Assembly: GCF_006345805.1 (NCBI RefSeq)
Contig: NC_043022.1
Coordinates: 23,994,001-24,058,000 of the forward strand
Reading direction: 5' to 3'
DNA from: Octopus sinensis
Taxonomy: Eukaryota
DNA length: 64,000 nt
Positions within the stretch are counted from its first letter, which is position 1. The number at the start of each line of letters is the position of its first letter. This document shows positions 41,516 through 53,837 of the stretch, in pieces. A program made the position numbers and the translations under genes. The notes under the pieces were generated by a model. The model saw only the letters and a program-made list of their open reading frames with translations. It was not told where the DNA came from and ran no database searches.

Positions 41516-42398
41516 TATTATTGTTGTTATTATTATCATAGTTATAGTAGTACTAAAGTAGTAGTAGTAGGAGTAGTAGTAGACACTGCTACTAGTAAGA
41601 AGTGGTATCTTTTATGTTGTACTTGTATGCAGTCATTAGATTGCGGTCATGCTGGAGCACCGCCTTGAAGAATACTGGTCGAATTTTAGTCAACCCTAGT
41701 TTCTTTTGCCGAAGGGAAGTAAACTCATCGATACCAGTTGTCAAGGGGTGGTGGGGGACAAAAACACACACATACACATACGATGGGCTTCTTTCAGTTT
41801 CCGAAATCCGCTCACAGGACTTTGGTCTACCCGAAGCTATATTGAAAGATACTTGCCCAAGGTGCTACACAGTGGGACTGAACCATGTGGCCGGGAAGCG
41901 AAATTTTTTTACCACGAGAGTTCCGGACCCCAGTTATGAACTCATTTGCATACATCCAATCAGAGCTCAACTACCAAACTGATTTATGAGCGCATAACAA
42001 ATGATGGGCGATAAGATAAGGTCACTTGGGTAAGGAACGACCATGCTTCTTTTCTCTTCTAATAAAGCTTGTTGTTCTTGTTCTGGTTTCAACCATGGCT
42101 GCCTCTGCGTAGTTATTTGTGTTGTTTACTTTTTAAAGCAGTAAGGGGAGAGGGTTGCTAGCACATCGCCCTCTACCCACATATTTCCCATCTACATCTT
42201 TACTATGTGAGGCCCTAACAAAATCTGATAATAAGTATAGATGCAAATCTATCTAATTACTTGTCTCCTTCTAAAATCAGGCATAACTTGGCAATCGGTT
42301 GACTTACCAGACCAGGCTTTAAAAAAAGTTCTGGGGCCGACTTGTTCAACTAAAACCTTCCATGACTGAAACAAGTAAAAGATAAAATATCAAATATT

Positions 42399-42539
42399 GT
42401 AGCTTGCTAACCAACCACATGGTTCCGGGTTCAGTCCCACTGCGTGGCATCTTGGGCAAGTGCCTTCTGCTATAGCCCCGGGCCGACCAATGCCTTGTGA
42501 GTGGATTTGGTAGACGGAAACTGAAAGAAGCCTGTCGTA

Positions 42540-42570
<31 letters not shown>

Positions 42571-42792
42571 TTATGCGTGTATGTGTGTGTGTTTGTGTGT
42601 CTGTGTTTGTCCCCTTAGCATTGCTTGACAACCGATGCTGGTGTGTTTACGTCCCCGTCACTTAGCGGTTCGGCAAAAGAGCCCGATAGAATAAGTACTG
42701 GGCTTACAAAGAATAAGTCCTGGGGTCGAGTTGCTCGACTAAAGGCGGTGCTCCAGGATGGCCGCAGTCAAATGACTGAAACAAGTAAAAAA
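42399..42792 (+). mobile_element. SINE family B (tRNA head, internal (TA)n(TG)n, second module), near full-length
   Basis: ccacatggttccgggttcagtcccactgcgtggc...gaaagaagcc / ...cttagcggttcggcaaaagag...gactgaaacaagtaaaa. About 20 related copies, e.g. 9606, 12790, 26700, 37297, 40000, 48506, 59090, 62690. Confidence 0.9.
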
Positions 42793-42832
42793 GTATATAT
42801 ATATACTCAAAATAAGCAACAAGAATGTCTTC

Positions 42833-42930
42833 GGTAATTTGGTACGATCGTTTCACGCTACATCATTTTATTAAACATTGTAAGTATTACAGCAGTTTTA
42901 AAATGTTGAGCAATCATCAGCCATTTATAG
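42833..42930 (-). ncRNA. Penelope-type minimal hammerhead-ribozyme-like motif
   Basis: CUGAUGA (42920-42914), stem II UGCU/AGCG, GAAA (42854-42851), palindromic ACGAUCGU, GUA triplet, short stem I UGG/CCA. Confidence 0.5.
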
Positions 42931-43349
42931 AGGTTATCCATTAATACATATTTTCATATTAATTGATAACATCATAGAGAGGGTATATATATATATAGAC
43001 AGAGATGTCGATTTGAATTTTAAGAACATTAAGGTAGTAGAGCTTATCTTCTGACTGAAAAATATTCTTTTAGTTATTTTGAACTGCTAGAAGGTGGGGA
43101 AGTATATTCAGTTGAATGGAGACAACAGAGATTTTCTATTTCTAGAAATAGCTGATGTATATAAGTATAAAGGAATCTCTGTATTCTCTATAACTGTTTG
43201 GTATATAGGTGGTCATTGTGACCATCTAGCATTGACCTAGTTTACTTGATACAAAACCTGTTTGCCAAATAGCAGTAAACAGCTTCTAGGGCATTATAAC
43301 CCCTTCTCTACTTTAATTTCTTTAGAATAACTTCTGACATTTATTTCAC

Positions 43350-43405
<56 letters not shown>

Positions 43406-43833
43406 CTGTTATTCCTCCTTGTCCTGTCCTGTTTTGTTACCATTTTTACCCCTCCGCGAAAAAATCTCAAATTTTATTTAATTTGCTTTTCTCGGGAAGG
43501 AATGTTTCAGTTGAAGTCGCGTCTCGCCTTCACCTTCGAAACGCGGAGTAGATGAAACCATGGCGACTGAAGGGGAATTTTCCTTGTGTTATTTATCTTG
43601 TACTCTATTTTTTCGTTGTTTAAGAAAAATGTCCAGTTCCTTGGTTTTGCGTTTATATTTTCGTTTGTCATTGTGTTCGACGTTTTCTTTGGTGTCCTGT
43701 ACCCATATATGCATGTATATATACATGTAGAGGTAGGTACATACATATATGTATGTATATATGCATATGTTTTATTTATTAATTTGTTATTACACGACAG
43801 AACGCACGTATCCTTTTCTAAGTAAGTTTGTTC

Positions 43834-43876
<43 letters not shown>

Positions 43877-45503
43877 TTGTGTCTGTGTTTGTCCTCCCCA
43901 ACATCGCTTGACAACCTATGCTGGTGTGTTTACGTTCCAGTAACTTAGCGGTCCGGCAAAAGAGACTTACAAAGAATAAGTCATGGGGTCGATTTGATTC
44001 GACTAAAGGCGGTACTCCAGCATGGCCGCAGTCAAATGACTGAAACAAGTAAAAGAGTAAAAGATATAAGTAACTTGACAATTTTTTTTACAACACATTG
44101 CTATCGGTCACCTTTTTTGATGTTGACGGTGATGATGGTGATGGTTATGATGATTGTGATGGAGGTGATGATGATGATGATGATAAGTGTAGTTGTGGTG
44201 GAGGTGATGTTGTTGATGATGATGTAGGTGGTGAGTGATGATTGTGATGGTGGTGGTGGTCGTAGTAGTGATGATGAGGATGATGGTTTGGCGTTGATAA
44301 TGGTGGTGGTGGTGACGATGATTGTGGTGGTGGGGATGGTAGTGCTGGTGGTGGTGGTGGTGGTGGTATTGTTGTTGTTGGTAGTGTTAATGGTAGCGAT
44401 GATGATGATAGTAGTGATGATGATGATTTCTTCCATTCACGCGAAGCCACAGAAATCAGGAAGTGAGGAATTAATTGATTCTTCCCCCTATACGAGAGGC
44501 TGTATTTGGTCAACAAGGCTGCTAGAAATAGAAGCTAATTATCCTTCAAACCACACACAAAGAACATGTTAAGAAATTCCGTTGAGAAAGAGAGAGGAGA
44601 GACTGAAAAGAAAAAAGACAGAGAGAAGTGGGATTGAAACCGACATCCCGGTTTTGTTATTTTGATGTGTAAGACGATGAGAATATGAGAATAGAGAGGG
44701 TGAATAAAATGAGAGAGAAGAACGTAGCGAGAAAGAGAAAAGTAACTGGATAAAGAGGGAGTGAGATGGCGGGAAAAGAGAGAAAGAGATTGAGCAGAGA
44801 GAGAGAGAGAGGCATAAAAAGAGAGGGTAGAATGAGAGAGAGAGGGAGAGAGAGAGAGAAGGAAAGAAAGGGATAGGGATAAAGAAATATAGCGGGGGAA
44901 AAGAGACAGGAGGAGAAAAGACAGAAATAGAACAGAGAGAGAAGGAGAGGGGCAGAGTGTAAAGGGAGAGAGAGAAGGAGAGGGACAGAGAGTGGAGAGA
45001 GAGAGAAGGAGAGGGGCAGAGAGTGGAGAGAGAGAGAGAGAAGGAGAGGAGCAGAGAGTGTAGAGAGAGGGAGAGAAGGAGAGGGGTAGAGAGTGAGAGA
45101 GAAGGAGAGGGGCAGAGAGTGTAGAGAGAGGGAGAGGAGGCAGAGAGTGTAGAGAGAGAGATAGAAAGGGACTAAGAGGAGTAGCAGTGTTAACGGTTGA
45201 GTGAACACTTTACTGTGTCTGCATCACGCTTCAGTGAGTTAGATCTGATGGCGAAATAGCCAACATCATGTTTAATGAAAAGGACAAACCAAGTATTTGA
45301 ATGGAGCGCGGGGATGGGTTGGAGTGAGTTGGGAGTGAATAATTTAGGGGTGAAAAAGATTAGAAGACAAAAAGAAAACAAAAAAAAGAACTAAAAGAAA
45401 AGAAAATAATAAACTTATAATAAGAACTAGAACATATATTTATAAATAAACGAACCGTAAAAGTTACACAAACGAAAATAATAAATAAATAAACGATGAT
45501 GCG

Positions 45504-45542
<39 letters not shown>

Positions 45543-46831
45543 TCCTATTATAGGCACAAGACCTGAAATTAGGGGAGGGGATTAATCGATCCCATCAACC
45601 CCAGTGTTTCACTGGTACTTAATTTATCGACCCTGAAGGGAAAAGCAATGTCGACCTCGGCGAAATTTGAACTCAGAGTGTAAAGACGCTTAGCATTTCG
45701 CCCGGCGTGCTAAAGTTTCTGTCAGCTTGTTGCCCTTTCTACTCTAGGCACGCACAAGGCCTGAAATGTTGTGGGGAGAGGGCCAGTCGATTAGATCGAC
45801 CTCAGTTTCTGATGCGTTACCCACTTTTTTATCTCCCCTTTTTTCCGGTTTCTTTATCTTCAAAAGTTAGAATTTATGAATAAAACGTAATATAATGCTT
45901 CACAATCATCTGTCCCAAATACTTATGGGACCAGTTTATGGGCAGCAGCGTCACGTACTCTCTCATCTTGTACTCTCAACCCCTTCTTCAGTTTGGATTT
46001 TGAAAACATGACGCACCCTACCATATACCGTTCCTGTCTCAATGAAGATTTCACTCCAAGTATCTGCAAGTGTTGATCTTTTCAGAGTATAAGGAAGACA
46101 CCTGAGGTATGGGCAAAATATAAATTACTGTTCTTTTCTCTAGCATATGGATGATAGGTTCGGGTAGAGAGGTATCGGTTTTGTGAACGAAATGTTGCCA
46201 TGATTTTGTTCTTAAAAGGATTTTCATATTCAAAAGTACGATTGCTAACGTTACTGTCTGATAATATTTGAGAATATACAAATGTTATTGTTGTCTAAGT
46301 TTTATCTTATACTTGTTTTAGTCATTAGACGGTAGCCATGCTGGAGCACCGCCTTGAAGAAATTTTAGTCGAATGAATCGACTCCAGTACTTATGTTTTT
46401 TTAAACCTTGTATTCTATCGGTCTCCCTGGTCGCAACGATAAGTTACGGGGACGTAAATACACCAACACCGTTTGTCAAGCGGTAATGTTAAAGGACAAA
46501 TAATAATAATAATAATAATGGTTCCAAATTTTGGCACAAGGCCAGCAATGACGGAGGAGGAGGTAAGTCGATTACATCGACCCCTGTGCTCAATTGATAC
46601 TTATTTCATCGACCCCGAAAGGATGAAAGGCAGAATCGACCTCGGCTGAATTCGAACTCAGAACGCAAAGACGGACGAAATATAATAATAATAATTATAA
46701 TATTAATCTATTATAATAATGATAATAGTAATAATAATCTGTAATAATAATAAATAATAATAGTAATATATATAATAATAATAATAATAATATAATAATA
46801 TGTAATAATAATAAATAATAAAATAGTAATC

Positions 46832-46867
<36 letters not shown>

Positions 46868-46979
46868 CTGTGATGATAATAATAATAATAATAATCATAA
46901 TCTGTGATGATGATAATAATAATAATAATAATAATAATGATGATGATGATGATAATAGTGACAATAATAATAATCTGTG

Positions 46980-47017
<38 letters not shown>

Positions 47018-47381
47018 CTGTAAAATAAGTGGGAAACGCTTATAACAAAAAATGTACATAAAGTTACAAAACTAACACCTATCAATGTTTTTTTTTATTT
47101 GAAAATTTTTTTTATTTCCATTTATTTTATTTGTTTTGTAATGATTGATGAGATTCTTGAATAATCAAAATGGCGTTGTTGAGAGAGAGAGAATAAGAGA
47201 GAGGGGAAAGATATATATATATAGAGAGAGAGAGGGAGGCACAGACAAAGAAGATGAATAAGATAGAAAGATAGAGAGGGAGAAATAAAATGTCTGATAT
47301 GGAATGGTAGAGAAAGAAAATGCGTAGACAGGGAGAGTGTTTGTGCACCTAGAGAGAGAGGCAGGAGAAAGTGAGATATAG

Positions 47382-47420
<39 letters not shown>

Positions 47421-48202
47421 TAGATTGATAGAGAGAGAGAGAGAGAGAGAAAGAAGGAGGGGGATGCAAGGGAAACAATTGACAGTGTCTTTGTGGTGGG
47501 GATTGTAATGTCGGCTGTTGAGATTTGAAATGGAAGAGCTCTGTGTGTGTGTATTAGGCCAGTGTGTGTATTTAGGCCAGTGTGTGTGAGAAAGTGGCTG
47601 TGTGTATATGTGTGTGTGTGTGTGTGTGGTGGGGCAGGCAGAGGTAGAGACAAAATAAATGGATGAATCATCATAAAGATTAATTTTGATTTTCTGGGTT
47701 CTTGATTTTAGCCTTTTTTCTCCTTCCCACTCAGGCTCTCTGTGTTTGTACATCTTCCTTTCTAAAGAGTGTGTGAGAAGGGGAGAGAGAGAGAGAGAGA
47801 GTTTGAGAGTGACAGAAAATAACTGATTCATGTCGGAAGCCATAGTGTTAAGGTATCGTCTGCTATTGCTGACACAATGAAAGCATCGATTCCTTATAAT
47901 ATGGCTGACAATTGAATTGACAGCGGTTTTGTATTTCCTGTTCTCTTTCTCTCATTCCCACTTTCTCGCTCCCTCTTTCTATCACTACTTTTCTCTTATT
48001 CTCTCCTCTCTCTATCTCTTTTACTCTCTCTCTTTCTTTCTTATTGTCTTTTACTTCACTCCGTTATGTCTGTTTAACTCACTCTATTCTTTATTTTTAA
48101 CCTATCTTCTCTTCTTCCTCCATTCTCTCTCTCATCTTACACGCACACTCTCTCCCTCTCCTTCTCCCTCCCACTCTCTCCCTCTCCCTCTCTCTCACTC
48201 AC

Positions 48203-48238
48203 ACCATATGCACCGATGTGTCAATGGATCACCAACCC
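48203..48238 (-). CDS. Candidate 36-nt symmetric microexon
   Basis: gttatttttacag|GGGTTGGTGATCCATTGACACATCGGTGCATATGGT|gtgagt. Only the phase-1 frame is open (VGDPLTHRCIW). Confidence 0.33.
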
Positions 48239-48920
48239 CTGTAAAAATAACGAGCCATCAACTTCGTTATTCCAGTCTTTTATTTAATTGTCCAAACTCT
48301 TGTCACCTCTACATATGCAACGTCGCCTCTCTGCTTATGCTCTCAGCTATATCTCCATACAATCTGCTTTATATTTGGACACTCAACTTCACATTCGTAC
48401 TCACAACTATATTTTGATGCAGTCAGCTACATATTTTATACTGTTAACTACATGCTTACAGTAATCTGTACATTAAAAGTCACCTATGATTGTATTGTCA
48501 CACATGCGTAGGAGTGGCCGTGTGGTAAGTAGATTGCTTACGAACCACATGGTTCCAGGTTCAGTCCCACTGCGTGGCACATTGGGCAAGTGTCTTCTAC
48601 TATAGCCCCGGGCCGACCAAAGCCTTGTGAGTGGATTTGGGATTTGGTGGATGGAAACTGAAAGAAGCCCGTCGTATATATGTATATGTATGTGTGTGTG
48701 TGTTTATGTGTCTGTGTTTGTCCCCCCCCCCCCAACATCGCTTGACAACCGATGCTGGTGTGTAACGTCGTCCTCTACCAACATTGCTATAGACTCGTCT
48801 CGGCAAGAATTGATCTGCAGAGTCATCAAGAAGGCTATCACATAACGGAATCGTTCAGTAAGGAAAAAATTAGATTATTGGATACGAGATAAAGCCGCCG
48901 ACACCGATGTAATATATGCT

Positions 48921-49098
48921 ATGATATATGGAAATCTATAATAATTCAATCGCCCATTTACTTCTGCAGATGTCATGTTTGAAGGCACCATCGACCAAAT
49001 AAATATTGGGATGAATTCATTTGGTCGATGATGCCTTCAAGTATGACACTTGCGGAAGTGAATGGACGATAGAATTATTACACATTTCCATATATTAT
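48921..49098. repeat. Imperfect long inverted repeat (~80-bp arms, 18-bp loop), probably an old MITE
   Basis: atcgcccatttacttc...atcgaccaaat pairs with atttggtcgat...gaatggacgat; outer extension atatatggaaat / atttccatatat. Confidence 0.8.
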
Positions 49099-49383
49099 GA
49101 CGTGTGTTGCATAATATTGTATGAATTGCATGACTCTGTATGAGATATCGAATAAAAATATTGTCCGTTTATGGAAACGAGTGTAACATGATTTTGACGT
49201 TTCCTTTCCTCATTGAAATTATCAATTTTATTCTTCACTCAGCAGGGCTTATATTAAGACTACTGGGGGGGGGGGGCTCCCGTTTATACCAATCTGTGCT
49301 GATTTGCAGGTTGTTCAACAAGGAAATGCAAAACCGACTTTCTCGAGTTCGAGAGACTGCTATTACCTATGTATTTGTGCCAG

Positions 49384-49429
<46 letters not shown>

Positions 49430-49790
49430 AGGGCACATGGCTCAGTGAACCCGGACCGGGCTGCGTGTTGTGTTCTTGAGCAAGACACTTTATTTCACGT
49501 TGCTCCACTTCACTCAGCTGTAGAAATGAGTTTTGACGTCACGGGTGCCATGCAGTGAGACTGAACCCGGAACCATGTGATTGGTAAGCAAGCTACTTAC
49601 CACACAACCACTCCTACGCCTCGTTTCTGATTGTGTTCAACGTTTTTTTTTATATCCTGTACCCATATATGCATGTATATATACATATTTATGTAGGTAT
49701 GTACATATATGTATGTATATATGCATATATTTATATATTATTTATATTATTTATATGATCGAACGCCACGCATCCTTTTCCAAGTAAGCT

Positions 49791-49849
<59 letters not shown>

Positions 49850-49914
49850 ATATATATATGCCATGGTTATTGTGGTTAGGATGTTTGTCTCACGACCATG
49901 TAGCTTTAAGTATT

Positions 49915-50465
49915 AGCGGAAAAACATTTTCTCTTCATAATCAGAAAACATTTTCCGAACCGTCACAAATTTCTGCAAAATAAAACATATCTAATGCCGT
50001 CAAGGTTCACGATGCAAAACTGTTGCAACTAAGAGTGGTCTGAAGGAAGCCGACATACAATTTACAAATTGTAGTGATTTTCCCTCTACAAAACAAATGG
50101 CTTAAGCAAAGTATTGTAAGCTGTGCAGATATGTCCACCAATAACAAACACTTCAACAAACAACATAAAGCTTACAGGACAAACCTTCAAAGTTCGTTTG
50201 CAACAACATAACCTCTTTGTAGTATTCCTACTAGAAGAATAGTCTGTTGCCCAAACCCTTCAACAAACAACATAAAGCTTACAGGACAAACCTTCAAAGT
50301 TCGTTTACAACAACATAACCTCTTTGTAGTATTTCTACTAGAAGAATAGTCTGTTGCCCAGTTTCAGAAAACGAATGGACTCTCAGGGACCGTTAGCAGA
50401 GTCCACTCTATTACAATAATCATTTGGACCATCGTTTTTGATCTAACAATGCCTTTACACGAACA
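49915..50465 (+). mobile_element. Decayed Penelope-like element, GIY-YIG endonuclease region, with a 107-bp tandem duplication (50151-50360)
   Basis: Across frameshifts: IIRKHFPNRHKF, NAVKV, PLQNKWLKQSIV, KLTGQTFKVRLQQH, SENEWTLRD. These match the PLE pattern KHFP..NTVKVSY..CPL..KCL..SIVY..YIG.T..TFK.R..H..LSKYIW. Confidence 0.65.
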
Positions 50466-51391
50466 TGATGGTGGTAGTTGTTTTTACAATATAGGTGTTG
50501 GTAGAGTTGGTTGATGTTGACGATGGCTATTATGGCCAAGTGGTTAGGATGCTGAACTCAGAATCGCGAGGTTATGATTTCGATTTATCAGAGCGGACGG
50601 TGCATTCTGTTCTTGAGCAAAACCCTTCACTTCCCGTCACTTTATTCCACTCGGCTGTTAATGATTACCACTTGTAGCTGGGGATTTGCCCCCTTTAACG
50701 GACTCATGTTCAAGGAGCAAGTGGAGTATTGAACTCTCATTGAGCAACTCTTTGCTTAACGGACCAGTAGAGCTCGTCCACCGCTTGACAAAGGCTGTAG
50801 GTTTGTTTTTGTCCCTGTAACTTAGCGGTTCGGCCAAAGAGGCCGATAGATTAACTACCAGGGCCCCAAGATGGTGAGGGTAGTGGTGGTGATAGTGAAA
50901 GCGCTGGAGCTGATGGTGGTAGTGGTGGTGGTGTTTGGACGTTGATAATGGCGACGTTGTTGGTGGTAATGGCATATTGGGGGCGGCGGTGATGGCGTTG
51001 ATGACGACGGTGGTGATGGAGATGAAATGATGCTAGAAATGGTAGCGAAGGTGATGTCGGCGTCTACGGTGGTGGCATTAGAAGTAGTCGTGGTGTTAGT
51101 GGAGTTAGCCTTTGGCGGCAGATGTGGAGATGGTAGTGGTAGTTTTGTTGGTGGCGACGGCGGATGGTTGGGTGGTGGTGGTAAATGGCGTGATTTTGCC
51201 CAGATGTCACGAGATCAAATTAATCTTCCTATTTGCAGATAGTATTTAGAAATCGATTCGTCATCGTTTAACATTTCTATTGCTACTTCCTCTCACTCGT
51301 TCTCTCTCGCTTCCTCTCTCTCTCTGTCTGTCTGTCTGTCTCTCTCTTTCTTCTATCTTTCATAGCCACCCCCTCCTCCGGCCTCACAAAC

Positions 51392-51420
51392 CGACAACGA
51401 CGGCCATGTTGACAGTTTGT
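51392..51420 (-). CDS. Candidate 29-nt start-codon exon (ATG at 51407-51405, MAVVV + G, phase-1 donor)
   Basis: Branch-like TTAAT, long pyrimidine tract ttttccgtgctccttctgcattttattccag|, Kozak-like CAACATGG, donor G|gtttgt. Confidence 0.35.
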
Positions 51421-52216
51421 CTGGAATAAAATGCAGAAGGAGCACGGAAAACCAAATTCACATTAAAAATTGGCGGCTTTTTTTTTCTTAAAAAAAAGGA
51501 AGAAAGAGACTAAGAAGAAAAAAAAGCTAAATAGAAAAATTCCCCTAAACAAAAGCAAAAAAATGCAACATCGTGAAAGACTGCAAAGTAAGATACAGGA
51601 AGGAAGGATAACGAAAGGATAATGGAAAGAATGATAAAGAAAGGATGGGAGGGCAAAAGGATGAAGAAAAAGAAAAAAAGGGAGAAAAGAAGGATTAAGG
51701 AAGAATGAAAGAAGGAAAAGTAAAGAAATGAAGAACGAAATAAAAGAATAAAAGAAGGAAAAGAAAGATAGAGGAAGGAACGATAAAGAAGAAAGGAACT
51801 ATGAAGGAAAAGGAAGGAAGGAAGGAAGGAAGGAAGGAAGGACGGAAGCAAGGAAGATGGCTAATAAAAGACGAACGCTTGCATTCCGCCATCTTATTTA
51901 TGTCTAGAAGTTGATAAACTCTCCTGGCGTGGATATCTGGTTAGATGCTTGCATCTTAAAAACACAGTTCCGAGTTCGGTCCCATTGCGTGCCATTTTGG
52001 GCGTCTTCCACTATAGCCCCGGGCCAAGCAAGGCCTTATGAGAGGATTTGATAGCCGAAAACTGAAAGAAGCCCTTCGTGACAAATAAGTGGTATTTGAA
52101 ATGGTTACCTTTTGTCAATCTGACCCACCTTCCCTTACTTGTGCCTTCACTTGTCCTAACGTGGTTGTTGGTGAATTGGTCAGTTTCTATTTCTAACCTT
52201 ACCTGTTTATATATTT

Positions 52217-52304
52217 AAAATTTACCTGACGCTGGCAGTTTTGCTTTGATGTAATATATAAGAAACGCCAATATAATGTTGCCGAAACAGCTGTTGTGAA
52301 TTTT
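52217..52304 (+). ncRNA. Penelope-type minimal hammerhead-ribozyme-like motif (variant core)
   Basis: 9-bp stem I AAAAUUUAC/GUGAAUUUU, CUGACGc-U, stem II GGCA/UGCC, GAAA, palindromic stem III ACAGCUGU, GUU cleavage triplet. Confidence 0.55.
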
Positions 52305-52319
52305 GAACTCTACCTGAGT

Positions 52320-52706
52320 TCTATATATATATATATATCTATATATATATTATATATATATATATATATTATATGTGTGTGTATGTGTGTATGTGTATAT
52401 TTATATGTATATTATGTATATATATATATGTTATATATATATAATATGTATATATGTATGTATATATATGTATATATGTATATATATACGTATATATATA
52501 TATATTATGTATATATGTATTTATATATATGTATCTATATGTATATATATGTATATATATGTATATATATATGTATATATGTGTATGTATGTATATATAT
52601 ATGTATATATATATGTATATGTATGTATATATATATATATATATAGTATGTATATATATGTATTTATATATATGTATCTATATATGTATGTATATGTATA
52701 TATATG

Positions 52707-52737
<31 letters not shown>

Positions 52738-52917
52738 GTATATATATACATGTATATATATATGTATTGTATATATATATATATGTAATATATATATATA
52801 TATGTATATATATGATATATATATATATATATGTATATATATGTATATATATATATATATGTATATTATGTATGTATATAATATATATATATAATGTATA
52901 TATAATATGTATATATG

Positions 52918-52949
<32 letters not shown>

Positions 52950-53175
52950 TGTATATATATAGTATATATGTATATATGTATATATATATGTATATATGTA
53001 TATATATACATGTATATATGTATATGCATATATATATGTATATATGTATATATATATGTATATGTATATATATATGTATATATATGTATATATATATGTA
53101 AATATATATATATATGTATGTATATATATATTATATATATTTATATATATATATATGTATATATGTATGTATATG

Positions 53176-53217
<42 letters not shown>

Positions 53218-53533
53218 CATGTATGTATATATATATGTGTGTATGCATGTGTATATATATGTATGCATGTATGTATATATATATATGTGTGTATGCATGT
53301 GTATATATATGTATGCATGTATGTATATATATATATGTGTGTATGCATGTGTGTATGTATATATATATGTGTGTATGCATATGTGTATGTATATATATAT
53401 ATATGCATGTATGTATATATATATATATGCATGTATGTATATATATAATATGTATATATATAATATGTATATATGTATGTATGTATATATATTATATATA
53501 TAATATATATATATATGTATGTATGCATGTATG

Positions 53534-53579
<46 letters not shown>

Positions 53580-53647
53580 TGCATGTATGTATGATATATA
53601 TATATATAATATATATATATACATATATGTATGTATGCATGTATGTA

Positions 53648-53692
<45 letters not shown>

Positions 53693-53724
53693 TATATATA
53701 TATGTATGTATGCATGTATGTATG

Positions 53725-53780
<56 letters not shown>

Positions 53781-53794
53781 GTATGTATGTATGT

Positions 53795-53830
<36 letters not shown>
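52320..53830. repeat. 1.5-kb (TA)n/(TATG)n microsatellite
   Basis: Direct reading. Confidence 0.95.
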
Positions 53831-53837
<7 letters not shown>

